Shown: piece after piece, positions 1 through 13,149 of the stretch
Numbering within the stretch: the first letter of the stretch is position 1
Layout of the letters: the number at the start of each line of letters is the position of its first letter
Origin: Felis catus
Taxonomy: Eukaryota
Assembly (NCBI RefSeq): GCF_018350175.1
Contig: NC_058371.1
Location: 173,910,001-173,974,000, forward strand
DNA: 64,000 nt
Reading direction: 5' to 3'
Program-made: the position numbers and the translations under genes
Notes under the pieces: model-generated
Told to the model about the DNA's origin: nothing
The model's input: the letters and a program-made list of their open reading frames with translations, nothing else
Databases searched by the model: none

Positions 1-652
1 AGTGACAGGGCACTAATGGCATTTAATGTTTACGTGCTCACCAGACTGTGACGCTTGGGCTTGTCCAGCGTAACAGAATTTTTTCTCATTCAAAATGCCA
101 GTGGCACCCCACTGGGGAAAGAGAAAAAAATGATAAAGTGACTGCACGGCAGATAATAGATGCCAACATTCACTTTCTTGGCATGGTCTGTAGTTTAAGG
201 AATAGTTTCTCTCACCTGCAAAAAGTTCCCAAGCCATTTTATAAATGAAATACAGTCTTAAACTTTTTAATCATTTGTGGCATGATAAATCTCAGTCGAG
301 GGGTAGGGGCAAAGAGAGGGTTATAAGCTCTACAGAACAGCTCACAGTGCCATGGACCAAGCAGATATGCAATAAAGTAGTTGTTTGTTGAAAAAGCCTA
401 GAATGATTTTTAAGTTATATGTTAAACAGTGAGAGAGAAGAATTTATGTTCACAGGTGAATTAGGTTTTTGTGTTTCTTGATAAACAATTTAAAAAATCT
501 TTTATTTGGAATCCTGTCATTTATCACAAATTAGAGTGGATAATTACATGTTCTTGGACCTCTGTGGTGGAATATGTTGGCAAATACTATCTGTATTTAA
601 ATATGTGTTGGTAGGACATCAGGTAAAGACAGTGGATCCAACACACTCACTT

Positions 653-856
653 GGGCACCTGGGCGGCTCAATTGGTTGAGTGGCCGACTTCGGCTTGGGT
701 CATGATCTTGCAGCTTGCGAGTTCAAGCCCCTCGTTGGGCTCACAGTTGTCAGTGCAGAGCCCCCTTCAGATCCTCTGTCCCCCTCTGTCTGCACCTTCC
801 CTGCTCGTGTGCTGTCTGTCTGTCTCTCTCTCTCAAAAGTAAACGTTAAAAAAAAT
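653..856 (+). mobile_element. CanSINE (SINEC_Fc-type)
   Basis: GGGCACCTGGGCGGCTCA head, GAGTTCAAGCCC B box, CT tract, A tail. Confidence 0.9.
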
Positions 857-1639
857 ACTATTCAATTTTGGGCTACTCCTAAATCTTATTAAAACTAAAA
901 TAATTATATGTGTGTATGTACATGTATCTTTTTAACAACAGAGTCAGGAGAGGTGGCAATGACAGCATTTTGAAAGCTAGGAAGCAGGCGGACAGTGGCC
1001 ACTCATCCGGTGGACCTGAGAAAGCTAGGCCAGAAGCTGCAAGTGGACAGATGAGCACCACCGTTTACACTGCAGGGTCATCAAAAGGCTTGGCAATTGG
1101 TGGCGACTGGTGGCAGCAGGTGCCTCAGGCAGGGGGGAAGCTGGGGCCAGAGCGGTGGTAGTGGTTGAACTCTGTTTAAGAAGCAGTTGACACTCCCTTC
1201 CTTCCCCTACTGTCACCTGTGTGACAGCACCTCAGCAGGAGCCTGGAAGTTTATCCTGCAGAGGGGGCAAAACCAGAAGGTCTCTGAACTGTGTACTGGG
1301 CCATGTTCAGGGTGGGACATCACATCAAGATAGGAGGATTCCTACAGTCTACTCCCCACGCTCATCTCCCAAACGCACACTGGCAGACAGGCTCTTACCC
1401 TCCAGGCAAGAGCTTAGAGGAGTTTTCTTAGAGGATGTGACCAATCCATGGGGAAAGCCCTAAAGATACTGACACTAGAAGTTCCCCAGCAACTGGCTCA
1501 GCCAGATCAGTATTACAAGTGACCCTCAGTGAGTGCTCCCTCCCACTCCCTTTCATATTCTGAACTTCAGTTTTTACTTTCCTGCTCTTACATGTGAGCA
1601 GAACATCAGTGATTATCAAATAGCCGGGGGGAAACCAGA

Positions 1640-2680
1640 AACAATCTAGAGGGAGCTGGGAATTATGAGGCAAAAGAAAATTTCAAAAATTATTATTCAA
1701 AAACTCATGGATATAAGAGAGTACAGGGCATCATGAAGCAAGAAAATAATGCTGTAAAAAAAAAGGCATTCAAAAAACAACCCCCCCCAAAAAAACTCTT
1801 AGAAATGAAAAACATAACCACATATATAAGAACCTCAGTTGAAGGAATCTATGTTGAAAAAGGATAAGAAAAGCAGATAAATAATCAAGGAATTCCAGGA
1901 GATCTAGAAAGTGAAGTAAAACACCCACAGGAGAAGAAAACATTAATGATTCAAGGAAATTCCTCAAAATTAGAGGGTAGATTTTCTAGATTCAAAGGGC
2001 CCACCAAGTACCCAGCACAATGAAAATAAATCCACACCTGAGGTATATTACTGTGAACTTTCATAATACTAGGATAAAGAATATTCAACCAACATCCAAA
2101 GAAGAAAATACAGTTATATATAAAGGACTGAGAATTGAAATGGTGGTATACCTTTCAACAGCCATATTGTGAACAAGGAGACAACAGAGCAGTGTCTTCA
2201 AAATTCTAAAGGAAAAAAAAAAGTTTTGAGTGAAAATGATTTCCAACATAGAAGTGTCTATGCAATCTATCATTCAAGTGGGGAAGTAGAATACAGACAT
2301 TTTTAGACAGGCAAGTCCTTAAATAATCTTTTCCTCCCTATACTTTTTCTTAGAAAGCTATTGGGACGTAGGACGTGGTCCATGAATGTTGAGGGAATAA
2401 AACAAACAAAAGGAAGACATGACATCTAGGAAATAGGAGCTCCACCACAGGACAGAAGGGAAGGGACTCTTTCAGATGGTGATGACAAGAGATCTCGGCG
2501 TAACCAGGCAGAGAGGACAACCAGTCCAGATGAGCAGGTCCGAAGTCCCCGAGAGAGACTTCTACCCAACACCTCATATGAAACTGATAGAATCATGGAA
2601 CATCTTGAGAGAGTATTTAGACAACTGGTAAATAAGTACTGGATGGATAGTTAAATATGTAAAAAAAAAACACATACTCA
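1640..2680 (+). mobile_element. Ancient L1M remnants (ORF1-region-like)
   Basis: A-rich, with degenerate L1 phrases (ATTCAAAGGGCCCACCAAGTACCCAGCACAATGAA, GTCTTCAAAATTCTAAAGGAAA). Confidence 0.5.
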
Positions 2681-2682
2681 AA

Positions 2683-2811
2683 GGGCACTTGTGTGGCTCA
2701 GTTAGGCATCCCACTTCTGCTGAGGTCATGATCTCTCGGTTCATGAGTTCAAGTCCCGCATTGGGCTCTGTGCTGACAGCTCAGAGCCCGGAGCCTGCTT
2801 CAGATAACGTG

Positions 2812-2842
<31 letters not shown>

Positions 2843-2897
2843 GCCCCTCCCCAGCTCAGGCATGTGCTCTCTCAAAAATAAATAAACATAAAAAAAA
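2683..2897 (+). mobile_element. CanSINE (SINEC_Fc-type)
   Basis: Standard head, body, (CT)n and AATAAATAAAC tail; degenerate TSD CACA(T/C)ACTCAA. Confidence 0.92.
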
Positions 2898-3022
2898 CCC
2901 CACACACTCAAGAAACACAAACATACAAAAATAAACAAGTAAAAAGGAAATTATTAACTCTAGGGATAAGTTGTGCAAGAAAAAAAAAGTTTAGTATATG
3001 CTCCATTTCTGAATAGCACATA

Positions 3023-3593
3023 CAATTGACCCTTGAGCAATGCAGTGATTAGGGGCATTGGCTCCCCTGTACAGTTGAAAATCCATGTATAACTTTTGAC
3101 TCCCCCAAAACTTAACTACTAATAGCTTACTGTTTACCTGAAGCCTTACTGATAACTTAAACTGTTGATTAACACATGTTATATATACGTATTGTATTCT
3201 GCATGTTTATAATAAAGTAAGCTAGAGAAAAGAAAATGCTATTAAGAAAATCACTGGAAGGGGTGCCTGGGTGGCTCAGTCAGTTAAGTGTCCGACTTCG
3301 GCTCAGGTCATGATCTCATAGTTTGTGAGTTCGAAGCCCTGTGTCGGGGTCTGTGCTGACAGTTTGGAACCTGGAGCCTGCTTCGTGTTCTGTATCTCCC
3401 TCTCTCTCTCTGCCCCTCCCTCGCTCATGCTCTCTCTCTCTCTCTCTCTCTCTCAAAAGTAAATGAACATTAAAAAAAAATTTAAGAAAATCACTGGGAA
3501 CAGAAAATACACTTACAGTACTCTATTCATGAAAAAAATCTGCATACAAGTAGACATGCACAGTTCAAACTCATATTGTTCAAGGGTCAACTA
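3023..3593 (+). mobile_element. Tigger2-derived non-autonomous element (Tigger2a/MER8-like) with nested SINE
   Basis: Terminal inverted repeats CAATTGACCCTTGAGCAA ... TTGTTCAAGGGTCAACTA flanked by TA on both sides (3021-3022, 3594-3595). Confidence 0.85.
3260..3483 (+). mobile_element. CanSINE nested in the Tigger2 element
   Basis: Full SINE; TSD AAGAAAATCACTGG at 3244-3257 and 3484-3497. Confidence 0.95.
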
Positions 3594-4062
3594 TACAGCC
3601 AATGTAAACCTTGCCTATTTTTCTAATTAAAACCAAGACATAATTATACCATGAGGATAGAAACTGTGCATGGTGTGGATAAGAAGAATAAAGAGCTTAA
3701 GTTCTCATCATCCATTAGAGAGAGTCCATGTACAATGTCCCAAACTAACACAATCAGGAGGTGGCAATACTTGCCTGCCATGAAGGTATGTGGAGATGAT
3801 ACCAGGCTAAGAGTTGAAAATGGTTTCTTTGGGGAAGAGGAACTAAGGAGCAGGAGACCTGGGACCTGTTCTTTTTCCTGAGAACCCTTGCAGAACTAGG
3901 AGATCTTCTAACTGTACCCTACTACATAGCTGTGATGAAAAATTAAAACAATTTAAAGTGCAGTAGTACATAGAGAGCTAACATGGGAGTGCTTTTTCAA
4001 AAATAACATCTATGTGATTTTGGTAAATAATATTTTGGGTATTAATTTTCCTTTTTAAAAAC

Positions 4063-4267
4063 ATTTTTTTTAAATATTTATTTTTGAGAGAGAGACAGAG
4101 CGCAAGCGGAGGAGGGGCAGGGAGAGAAGGAGACACAGAATCTGAAGCACTTTCCAGGCTCTGAGCTGTCAGCACAGAGCCCGATGTGGGGCTCGAACTC
4201 ACGAACCATGAGATCATGACCCAAGCTGAAGTCTGACGCTTAACCGACTGAGCCACCCAGGTGCCCC
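4063..4267 (-). mobile_element. CanSINE
   Basis: Reverse-strand SINE ending GAGCCACCCAGGTGCCCC; TSD ATTTTCCTTTTT. Confidence 0.93.
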
Positions 4268-4337
4268 TTCATTTTCCTTTTTTTTTTTTTTTTATAAATT
4301 GAAAGGCTTGCATTAAATAATTTATAAGATCCCTTGA

Positions 4338-4339
<2 letters not shown>

Positions 4340-4381
<42 letters not shown>
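4340..4381. repeat. (TG)n microsatellite
   Basis: About 20 perfect TG units. Confidence 0.97.
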
Positions 4382-4384
<3 letters not shown>

Positions 4385-5953
4385 GTATTTCTTTGAACAT
4401 GTATCTGTACTTGTGAACCCAAACACATAGAGATCTGATGACCAACAGTGGAATTCCTCTGATTATCGTGGTCATTAAAAATGTATCATCCACATATCTA
4501 CAAAGACACAATGTGATCATACTGAGTGAACAAAGTGGCACAACCATCTAGCTGATTTGCAGGGAAACATCTGAGGCTGCATTTCTGTCTTCCTCTGCCC
4601 ATGTGAGAGAACACAGGAAGAGACTAAAGTTCCCTGGTATTTAGACTCTGGCCTGTGACGCATGGTGGTGCTGACCTAAAAGTTAATATTTATCCATCGT
4701 AGTTGGTTAAAGTCAGCTTGAGAACTTGGTGGGGGCAGGCGGGGAGAGAAGCCCTACAAAGCCGCTTAGAGATTTGTACTAAGACCAATGTTAATCTTGG
4801 TAGCAGAGCCAAGTCAGTCACATCCTCTCTAGTATGTGCCAAAGAAGAGCGTGGCTAGGACTACAGACGATACCGACATCAACATGGGGAGCGGGGGGTA
4901 CCGAGGGCTCTGAATTCAAGAGAAAAATGAAGACTGCCCCTTTCAAACCTCCCATTACTTCCTAGCTTTGGTTGGTTAATCACCCAATCTTTCTCTGCCT
5001 TGGGTTCTTCATCCATAAACTGCAAATGGTAATACCATTCCATATGGTTGTTAGGGCAATTTTATGTGTTAACACCTAGAGAGTACTGAAAACAGTGCCT
5101 TGATATTTATCTTCCCTCAAAATAGATGCAAAGAACATAAAAGATTCACAAGGGCCTTAGATTCATGGCATCCTCTCTCTCTCTCTCTCTCTTTTTTTTT
5201 TTTAAAGATATGTAACCTGGTCTTTAGAATAAAAGAAGACCTAGGAGGAGAGAATGTCTCATGACAAATTTGGTAAAGTCAATCTCAAGAAGTCAAGGAA
5301 CATATTGTTCGCTGACTATAATAATCCTGTTTGGTAAAACCTCAGATTACTCATGTGCACTGACGTTTTGGATGTGACACTAAAGCTTTCCTTTGGTTGC
5401 CAGATGTACCTGGCACCCTGGATTCACTGAACAAACTCTGTGCTAGTTCTGAGTCCAGGAGGATCCAATGGTTGCTTTAGGGACGTCCTTTCATTCTTTT
5501 TGGTTATCCTGGGTCTTCAATAATATTTCACACACAGAGAAGATGCCCAATAAATGTTTGTTGAGTTAAAAATGGAAAAACACTTCGGTGTGCCTCTCAT
5601 AGTCAACAATTACGTAACCATACCTCACAGTCACCCACAATTCTTTCATCGAAATGTGTAGCCTTATTCTTCTCATTCACTTTTTTTGTTTACACTAAAA
5701 CTTATATAGGCTAACCGCAATTTTAATTGAACCTTAACCATATCACAGCACCGTGTGTATAACGTGCACTAAAAAATAAAGAAGATTGTCACCCTAGAGA
5801 AGTGGTACTCTTAAATGGTGAGCTATTTTTGCCTAAAAACTCCCAAAGAGCTATGGTAAAAATCAGACATAAAAATAATATAAAATAAACATTTCTCTCT
5901 TCCCCTAAAGTGAGATCATAAGATATATAAGAATTTAGTGTATAAAATGTGAA

Positions 5954-6163
5954 TTTTTTTTTTTAATTTTATTTTTTTGGGACAGAGAGAGACAGAGCAT
6001 GAACGGGGGAGGGGCAGAGAGAGAGGGAGACACAGAATCGGAAACAGGCTCCAGGCTCTGAGCCATCAGCCCAGAGCCCGACGCGGGGCTCGAACCCACG
6101 GACCGCGAGATCGTGACCTGGCTGAAGTCGGACGCTTAACCGACTGCGCCACCCAGGCGCCCC
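5954..6163 (-). mobile_element. Young CanSINE (SINEC_Fc)
   Basis: CpGs intact; near-identical to the copies at 32353 and 48497. Confidence 0.95.
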
Positions 6164-6189
6164 TAAACGTGAAGAATTTTAAATCATGG

Positions 6190-8135
6190 ATTTTATTTAC
6201 TTACTTACTATGATAAGAACACAGTATGAGATCTACCCTCTTAGCAAATTTTTAAGAGAATAGCACAGTATTGTTAACTATATAGATCTCTAAAAGTTAT
6301 TCACCTTGGAAAACTAAAATTTTATACCAATTCAACAACTCTTGAGGTCCCCCTCACCCCGGCCCTTGGCAGTCACCACTCTACTTCACGATTCTATGAA
6401 TTTGGCTGTTTTAGATATCTCATGTTAGTGCAACCATGCTACATTTGTCCTTCTGTGACTGGCTTATTTCACTGAGCATAATGTCCTCCAGGCTCATTCA
6501 TGTGGTCAAATTATGGCAGTCTTTTTTTAAGGCAGAAGAGGATTCAATTGTACGTACAGCTATGTATACTTTGTCTATTCATTCATCAGTGAACATTCAG
6601 GTTGTTTCTACATCTTGGTGATTATGANNNNNNNNNNNNNNNNNNNNNNNNNNNNNNNNNNNNNNNNNNNNNNNNNNNNNNNNNNNNNNNNNNNNNNNNN
6701 NNNNNNNNNNNNNNNNNNNNNNNNNNNNNNNNNNNNNNNNNNNNNNNNNNNNNNNNNNNNNNNNNNNNNNNNNNNNNNNNNNNNNNNNNNNNNNNNNNNN
6801 NNNNNNNNNNNNNNNNCAATTTCTATCATCCTAACTCTCGTTATATTTTACTTTTTTTTTTTTTTAGAACAGTCAGCCTAATAAGCGTGAATGGACATCC
6901 TACTGTGGTTTTCATTTGCATTTCCCTGATGATTAGTGGTGTTAAGCATCTTTAAGCATCCATATACCTAGGTGGCCATTTNNNNNNNNNNNNNNNNNNN
7001 NNNNNNNNNNNNNNNNNNNNNNNNNNNNNNNNNNNNNNNNNNNNNNNNNNNNNNNNNNNNNNNNNNNNNNNNNNNNNNNNNNNNNNNNNNNNNNNNNNNN
7101 NNNNNNNNNNNNNNNNNNNNNNNNNNNNNNNNNNNNNNNNNCTCAGTTCACTGTTTCCTTTAGTGTGGAGAATCTTTTTTGTTTGATGCAGTCCCATTTG
7201 TCTATTTTTGCTTTTGATGCTTGTGCTTTTGGTGTCATATCCAAGAAATCATTGCTGAGACAAATGCTTTCTTCTTGGACTATTACAGTTTCGGGTCTTA
7301 TGTTTATATCTGTATCTTATTTTGAGTTGATTTTTGTGTATGGTGTAAGATAAGGGTCCAATTTCATTCTTTTCCATATGGATATCCAGTTTTCCCAACA
7401 CTATTTGCTGAAGAGACTACTCTTTCATCACTGTGTATTCTCAGCTCTCTTGTCAAAGATAAGTTGACCATATGCTATGGACTGAATGTTGTGTTTGTGT
7501 TTGTGACACCCCACATGCATGAATTTATTTATGAGCTTTCTATTCTGTTCCATTAGTCTATTTTTCTGTTCTCATGCCAGTACCACACTAGCTTAATTAC
7601 TGTAGCTTGGTGATATATTTTGATACCAGGAAGTGTAATGCCTCCAGCTTTGTTTTCCTTTTTCAAGATTGCTCTATTGTGGGTCTTTTGTGGTTCCATA
7701 CAAATGTTAGAATTGTTTTCCTTTTTCCTATAAAAAATCCCACTGGGATTTTGATAGGGACNNNNNNNNNNNNNNNNNNNNNNNNNNNNNNNNNNNNNNN
7801 NNNNNNNNNNNNNNNNNNNNNNNNNNNNNNNNNNNNNNNNNNNNNNNNNNNNNNNNNNNNNNNNNNNNNNNNNNNNNNNNNNNNNNNNNNNNNNNNNNNN
7901 NNNNNNNNNNNNNNNNNNNNNNNNNNNNNNNNNNNNNNNNNNNNNNNNNNNNNNNNNNNNNNNNNNNNNNNNNNNNNNNNNNNNNNNNNNNNNNNNNNNN
8001 TTAGCACAGCTGATTTTTATATATTGATTTTGTATCCTGCAACTTTACTGAATTTATTAGTTCTAACAGGTTTTTGTTTGCCTGCTTGCTTTTTGGTGGA
8101 ATCTTTAGGCTTCTCTACATATAAAATCCTGTGAC
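6190..8135 (-). mobile_element. L1 3' portion (old L1MA/MB-type; 3'UTR and ORF2 end), partly N-masked
   Basis: GACTGGCTTATTTCACTGAGCATAATGTCCTCCAGG, TTTGCATTTCCCTGATGATTAGTG, ATTGATTTTGTATCCTGCAACTTTACTGAATT; minus-strand peptide [13 protein letters not shown] is ORF2-like. Confidence 0.9.
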
Positions 8136-9574
8136 TTTTTATAATTGCTTCATAAGTGGTCCTGGGACAATAGGTTATTCAGAAGAAGCTAGATCCTGAA
8201 TTACATTATATGAAAACAAAAAAAAACTATTGGAGAAAAATATAAGCGACTATTTATCTAATTTAGGAAGAGAGGGCCTTTCAGTTACTAAAGGTCTGGA
8301 AGAAACATCAAGAGGAATATTAAAAGATTAATAGATTACATAAGAAGTAAACATTATTCACCTTAAAAGACACTGTTTACAAAAATGCAAAGACCAAATG
8401 AAACAATATTTGACACAGACAATAAAGGGTTACTATCCTTAACTTTAAAAGGATACTTAGTGCAATAGTATATTTATTAAAGACACCAATATAAAACAAA
8501 CAAAAAACAAAGGACATGATCAATTAACAAAAGACTAAAATAACAGCCAATGAATATGAAAAATCATTCAACTATAGATATAAATAAATGTAAATCAATG
8601 GATAACATTTTTGTCTAATAAATTGGCATTTTTATTTTTTTATAACAGCTAGTGTTAAAGAACCTTTAACATGTCAATAACTTTTGCTCCCAAATTCCAA
8701 TTATTACAGTCTAACAACAACAAAAAAAAAACATAATCAGAGAATCAGAGAGGTGAACAAAAATCTCTGAAAAGGGGTGGTCCACTTAGTTTTAATTTTT
8801 AATACTATCAGATATTTTAAACAACTTTAATGCTCAAAAATAAAAGTATCTTTAATTAAATAATGACATATTCAGAAATTAGAGAAAGGAAAAATACCAC
8901 TAGGTGAAAATAAAGCAGGTATTTAAATAAAATGTAACTTCAATTGTTTTTTTAACAATTAATAAATGTGAATATAAAGACATATGTAAATAATGAAGGA
9001 GAATATACCCAAATGAAAACAAAAAGCCACTTTAGGATAGATAGGATGAACTCGTAATTTTTGTGCAAATTGACTCATTTTTTTTTTAACCATGAAATAT
9101 CTTTATTGTCAGTCTCTATATAAAGATAGCATGTATCATATGATGCTGGTTGAGAATATTCTTCTAAAGCACATTTTGGAAAGAATTAATAAACATGATT
9201 TTTAAAATACCTGTCTATCCCACAGATTCAGGGAATATCTTGGAATACTGGGAGAGTTGTGCTAAATTCTCCCTCCACATGTCTTTTTTGCAATTTCTTC
9301 TTTATTACTCTTTTTGGCTTGTATTTGAAACAGAGTTATTTGACATATACAAAACCATAATTTTATTTTGATCAAAAATTAAAAGAATACGTATGCTTTC
9401 TTTCTCCCTAAATGCATTTCTTCTGATATTAACATGCAGTCCCTAATTTCTTTTTGCTGCACTTATTTGCCTTATCTTTGCCTCCCTTTTAGTGTTTATT
9501 TTCTTCGTCATATTATTCTAGGTGAACAGCAATTGGCATTACTCCTTTCTGACCCAAGCTAAAAGTCTTGGCTT

Positions 9575-9785
9575 TTTGTTTATTTTTTTTTTAAACGTTT
9601 ATTTATTTTGAGACAGAGCATAAGCAAGGGAGGGAGAGGGAGAGAGAAAGAGAGAGAATCCCAAGCAGGATCCGCACTGTCAGCACAGAGCCCGATACAA
9701 GGCTCGAGATCAGGAACTACAAGATCACGACCTGAGCCATAACCAAGAGTTGAATGCTTAACTGACTCAGCCACGCAGGCACTCC
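9575..9785 (-). mobile_element. CanSINE
   Basis: Reverse SINE body GAATCCCAAGCAGG...GACTCAGCCAC. Confidence 0.9.
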
Positions 9786-9914
9786 AAGTCTCTGCCTTTT
9801 AATACAGAAGTTTAAACCATTTACATTTATACTATACACTGAATCTCTCTTTTGTTATTTTATTTTAGCATTTTTTAAATGACTTCTAGTTGTTTATTTT
9901 CAGACTTCAGACTA

Positions 9915-10123
9915 CTTTTTTTTTTTAGGCTTATTTATTTATTTTGGGAGAGATTGAGTGAGAGAGCAGGGTAGGGGCAGAGAGACAGGGAGAGAGAGGA
10001 TCCCAAGCAGGCTCTGCACTGTCAGCATGGAGCCTGACGCAAGGCTCGAACTCACTGTGAGATCATGACCTGAGCTGAAATCAAGAGATGGATGCTTAAC
10101 CGACTGAGTCACCCAGGCGCCCC
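9915..10123 (-). mobile_element. CanSINE
   Basis: Reverse SINE; TSD GACTTCAG(A/G)CTACTTTTT. Confidence 0.93.
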
Positions 10124-11302
10124 TGGACTTCAGGCTACTTTTAATTTTTGCTTTGTATTTAATTTTCTCCAGCACACTGCAAAGTATAAGTTGTGTTTTA
10201 AAAATTCTCCTCATGAGATAAAACATTCTTTTTATCCTCCTCTTTAAAAAGAGTTATCCACATAAAGTGGTCCCCAAATGTAATTTTAATGCAAGCTTTC
10301 AAGTGCAGCACTAACTGGGTCACTTTTGAGGATAAAGGCAGAACTTAATGTGAATTATGCAGGGACAAGGGTCCATCGGAAGCATCTTAGGTAAACAAGG
10401 ACTGCGATTCACTCCGTCTCTAGGTGATAGGAATAAGGAAGTGCAGGCTTGGGAGTGAATAGAAGATTTCACTTTGGTATATTCTGTATCTAAAGGGACT
10501 GACAAGCATTCAAAGGTAGGTGTTATGTTGACAGTTGTATACACTGGCCAAAAGCTTAGGAAAGAACTGTGGGCGTGATGTAAAGATTTCACAGTTATCA
10601 AAAACACAGCTAATAAATAGGGCCATGAAACTGAATAAGAAAATAGAGGCAGTAGGTATACAGAGTTAAAGAAAAAACTGATTCCTGAAGAATACCACTT
10701 AATGTTTAAAAAAAAAAAGAGCCCCCCCAAACTAAAAGAAACAAACAAACAAAAACCACAAAAGAATTACAAAGGAAAGTCACAAATTGCAGTCAGAAGA
10801 GTAGGAAAAAAAAGGGGGAGGGGTTTGACTCCATTTCTTGCTGTGTCTTCTCACAAAACTTTCAGGATCCAGTGATTTTGGCCAAGAAACAAACAAAAAA
10901 AGGATTGCCCCATTCTGTAATGGATTTGGATGAAACCTGGTAAGAAAATCTGGTATATCTCCAAGAGGAGACATTGGAGAAGAACCCATGTAGGTTTCTA
11001 AGAATTGTATGTGTATTTATGCTGTTATCAAGGTTGCTAGCATCTGTCTTTCCACATCAAGCTGAAAACATCACCACTATATGGGCAGTTGGATAAGTCT
11101 TATTGGGAAAATGATTTTTTCTCTTTGTTTTTATGCCTCTGTACTAGTAGATTGGTTCAGTAACAAATATGTGAGTTCTTTTGTTTGCAAACAATTAAGG
11201 AGAAGTAAGTACAGTAATGGAAGGAGGTAAAGTGCTTTAGGGATTAAGAATTTGCCAGCAGTTTTAAATGACATTCAAGGGTCAAGTAAGAAAAGGACTG
11301 TA

Positions 11303-11809
11303 NNNNNNNNNNNNNNNNNNNNNNNNNNNNNNNNNNNNNNNNNNNNNNNNNNNNNNNNNNNNNNNNNNNNNNNNNNNNNNNNNNNNNNNNNNNNNNNNNN
11401 NNNNNNNNNNNNNNNNNNNNNNNNNNNNNNNNNNNCTACTAAGTGTGCGTGCAATAGCATTATGTCTAAAAAACCCATATGCATATCTTAAGAATACTTT
11501 ATTGCTAAAAAGTGCTAACCATTACCTGACCTTTCAGCAAGTCACAATCACTGATCACAGATCACCATAACAAATACAGTAATAATTAAAAAGTCTGAAA
11601 TAATGTGAGAATTACCAAAATATGACACAGAGACACAAAGTGAAAAAATGCTGTTGGAAAAATGATGCCAATAGGCTTGCTCGACACAGGGTTGCCACAG
11701 CCCCTTAATTTGTAGAAACAAAACAAACAAACAAAACAAAACAAAACAAAAACCCCACAGTATCTGCAAAGTGTAATAAAGAGAAGTGCAGTAAAGCAAG
11801 GTATGCCTG
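11303..11809 (-). mobile_element. Tigger1-derived internally deleted element
   Basis: Ends in AAGGTATGCCTG-TA (Tigger1 TIR plus TA); internal ATCACTGATCACAGATCACCATAAC and GCTTGCTCGACACAGGGTTGCCAC. Left end is under Ns after a TA. Confidence 0.85.
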
Positions 11810-12199
11810 TAGATGTCTCTTAGATTTAGCACCAAGGAAGTAATTGGTAACTTGGAATAGGAGTTTTCCTGGAATAGTGACTCTGGAAGCTAGATTGTTA
11901 CAGGTTAACCAGTAGGAGGAGGTGAGGAAGTGGAACGCAAGCATAACAATCCTTAGAAGCAAACTGGCTGTGGATGAAAGAACTAGGAAGAAGGAAGTAG
12001 GATTAAGGGGAGGATTGCTTAAGTCAGGAAAGCTTTCAAGTTATTTGGATATGTTGTAAGAGACAGTGGAAAGAAAGGAGCTAAAGATGGAGGAAAGAGC
12101 ATAATTAAGGTCTATTAGCAGGCAGGAGGGAAGAGCAAAGAATTAACGAGCCTTAGATAGGAGAAGGGTGAGGAATAAGGGGGACCTTCAGGGGCTCAG

Positions 12200-12500
12200 T
12201 GTCTTCATCTGTGTCTTCCAGTTCTGCAGAGTCTAGACAGAAAAAAGGGAAGATTTCCCAGACTCTCTCGCAGTAGGGTTCCCATACAGACTTAGACCCA
12301 GACAATCCTCCGCAAGATGAGAAAGTGGAAGGAAGCGAGGCCGAGATTGTGCCAACGCTACTTCTGCTTTTCCTGTTGGCAAGTCCTTAGTGGACACGCG
12401 GATGTTTTTCTCTGACACTTTTCCAGTGTCCAGGTGCTTGGCTGATAGCAAAAGGCAGAAAGAACTGTGGCGCAGAACCGGGCACTGTTTTGTTGTTGTT
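12200..12500. mobile_element. Ancient ERVL-type LTR fragment (LTR33-like)
   Basis: ATTTCCCAGACTCTCTCGCAGTAGGGTTCC resembles the recalled LTR33 core; boundaries uncertain. Confidence 0.35.
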
Positions 12501-13149
12501 GCTGTTCCTAGGTGGACCCATTAGGCATGGCATGACCCTGTGGCCACCACCTGTGACAACTTACTGGCTAATACCAGCTAAGGCAGTGCTCCTGGGACCA
12601 AGAGTCCCATTGTCCATTTCCAATCCCCCTCTGTTTTGATTGTGTAAAAGGAAGCAGTTTCCTGGGAGGGTTAGTTCTGTGGTGGTCTTTTTAGTGTTAC
12701 GAAGCTTGCTAGTCCAGTCCTTCCAGGGATATTTTGAGCATCCGGTTCCTGGTATTAGATTTCATTTTGCTTGAAACAGCTAACGTAATTTCTGTTTTCT
12801 GCAAGTGCACTCTGACAGCGAGGGACATGTATTCTTGCTCGAAGAGGGAAGGCAGAGAAGCTGGGTGTAGATATAGATAAATTCGGTTTTTTTGGTAATC
12901 TCCTTGAAGGTAGGAGTTTGTAAGCTGGGGTGTGCAGAGCCGCAAGGGGTTCTTGGATAGGATTCAGGGCATCTGTGAACTTAAATGAGAAAAAAAATCC
13001 CATCTTCTCTTCACGAACCACTAAAATTAGGCATTTTCTTCTATTCTAATGCAGGCCATCAAACGACAGCATCATCAGCAGTTCCTGTGACTTTGTCTCT
13101 AATAGAAATCACAGATGTTTTCACATTACATTAAGAGTTGTAATAAATA

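Noticed and set aside
6602-11570. ORFs spanning N-runs
   Set aside because: Open only because N codons are not read as stops.
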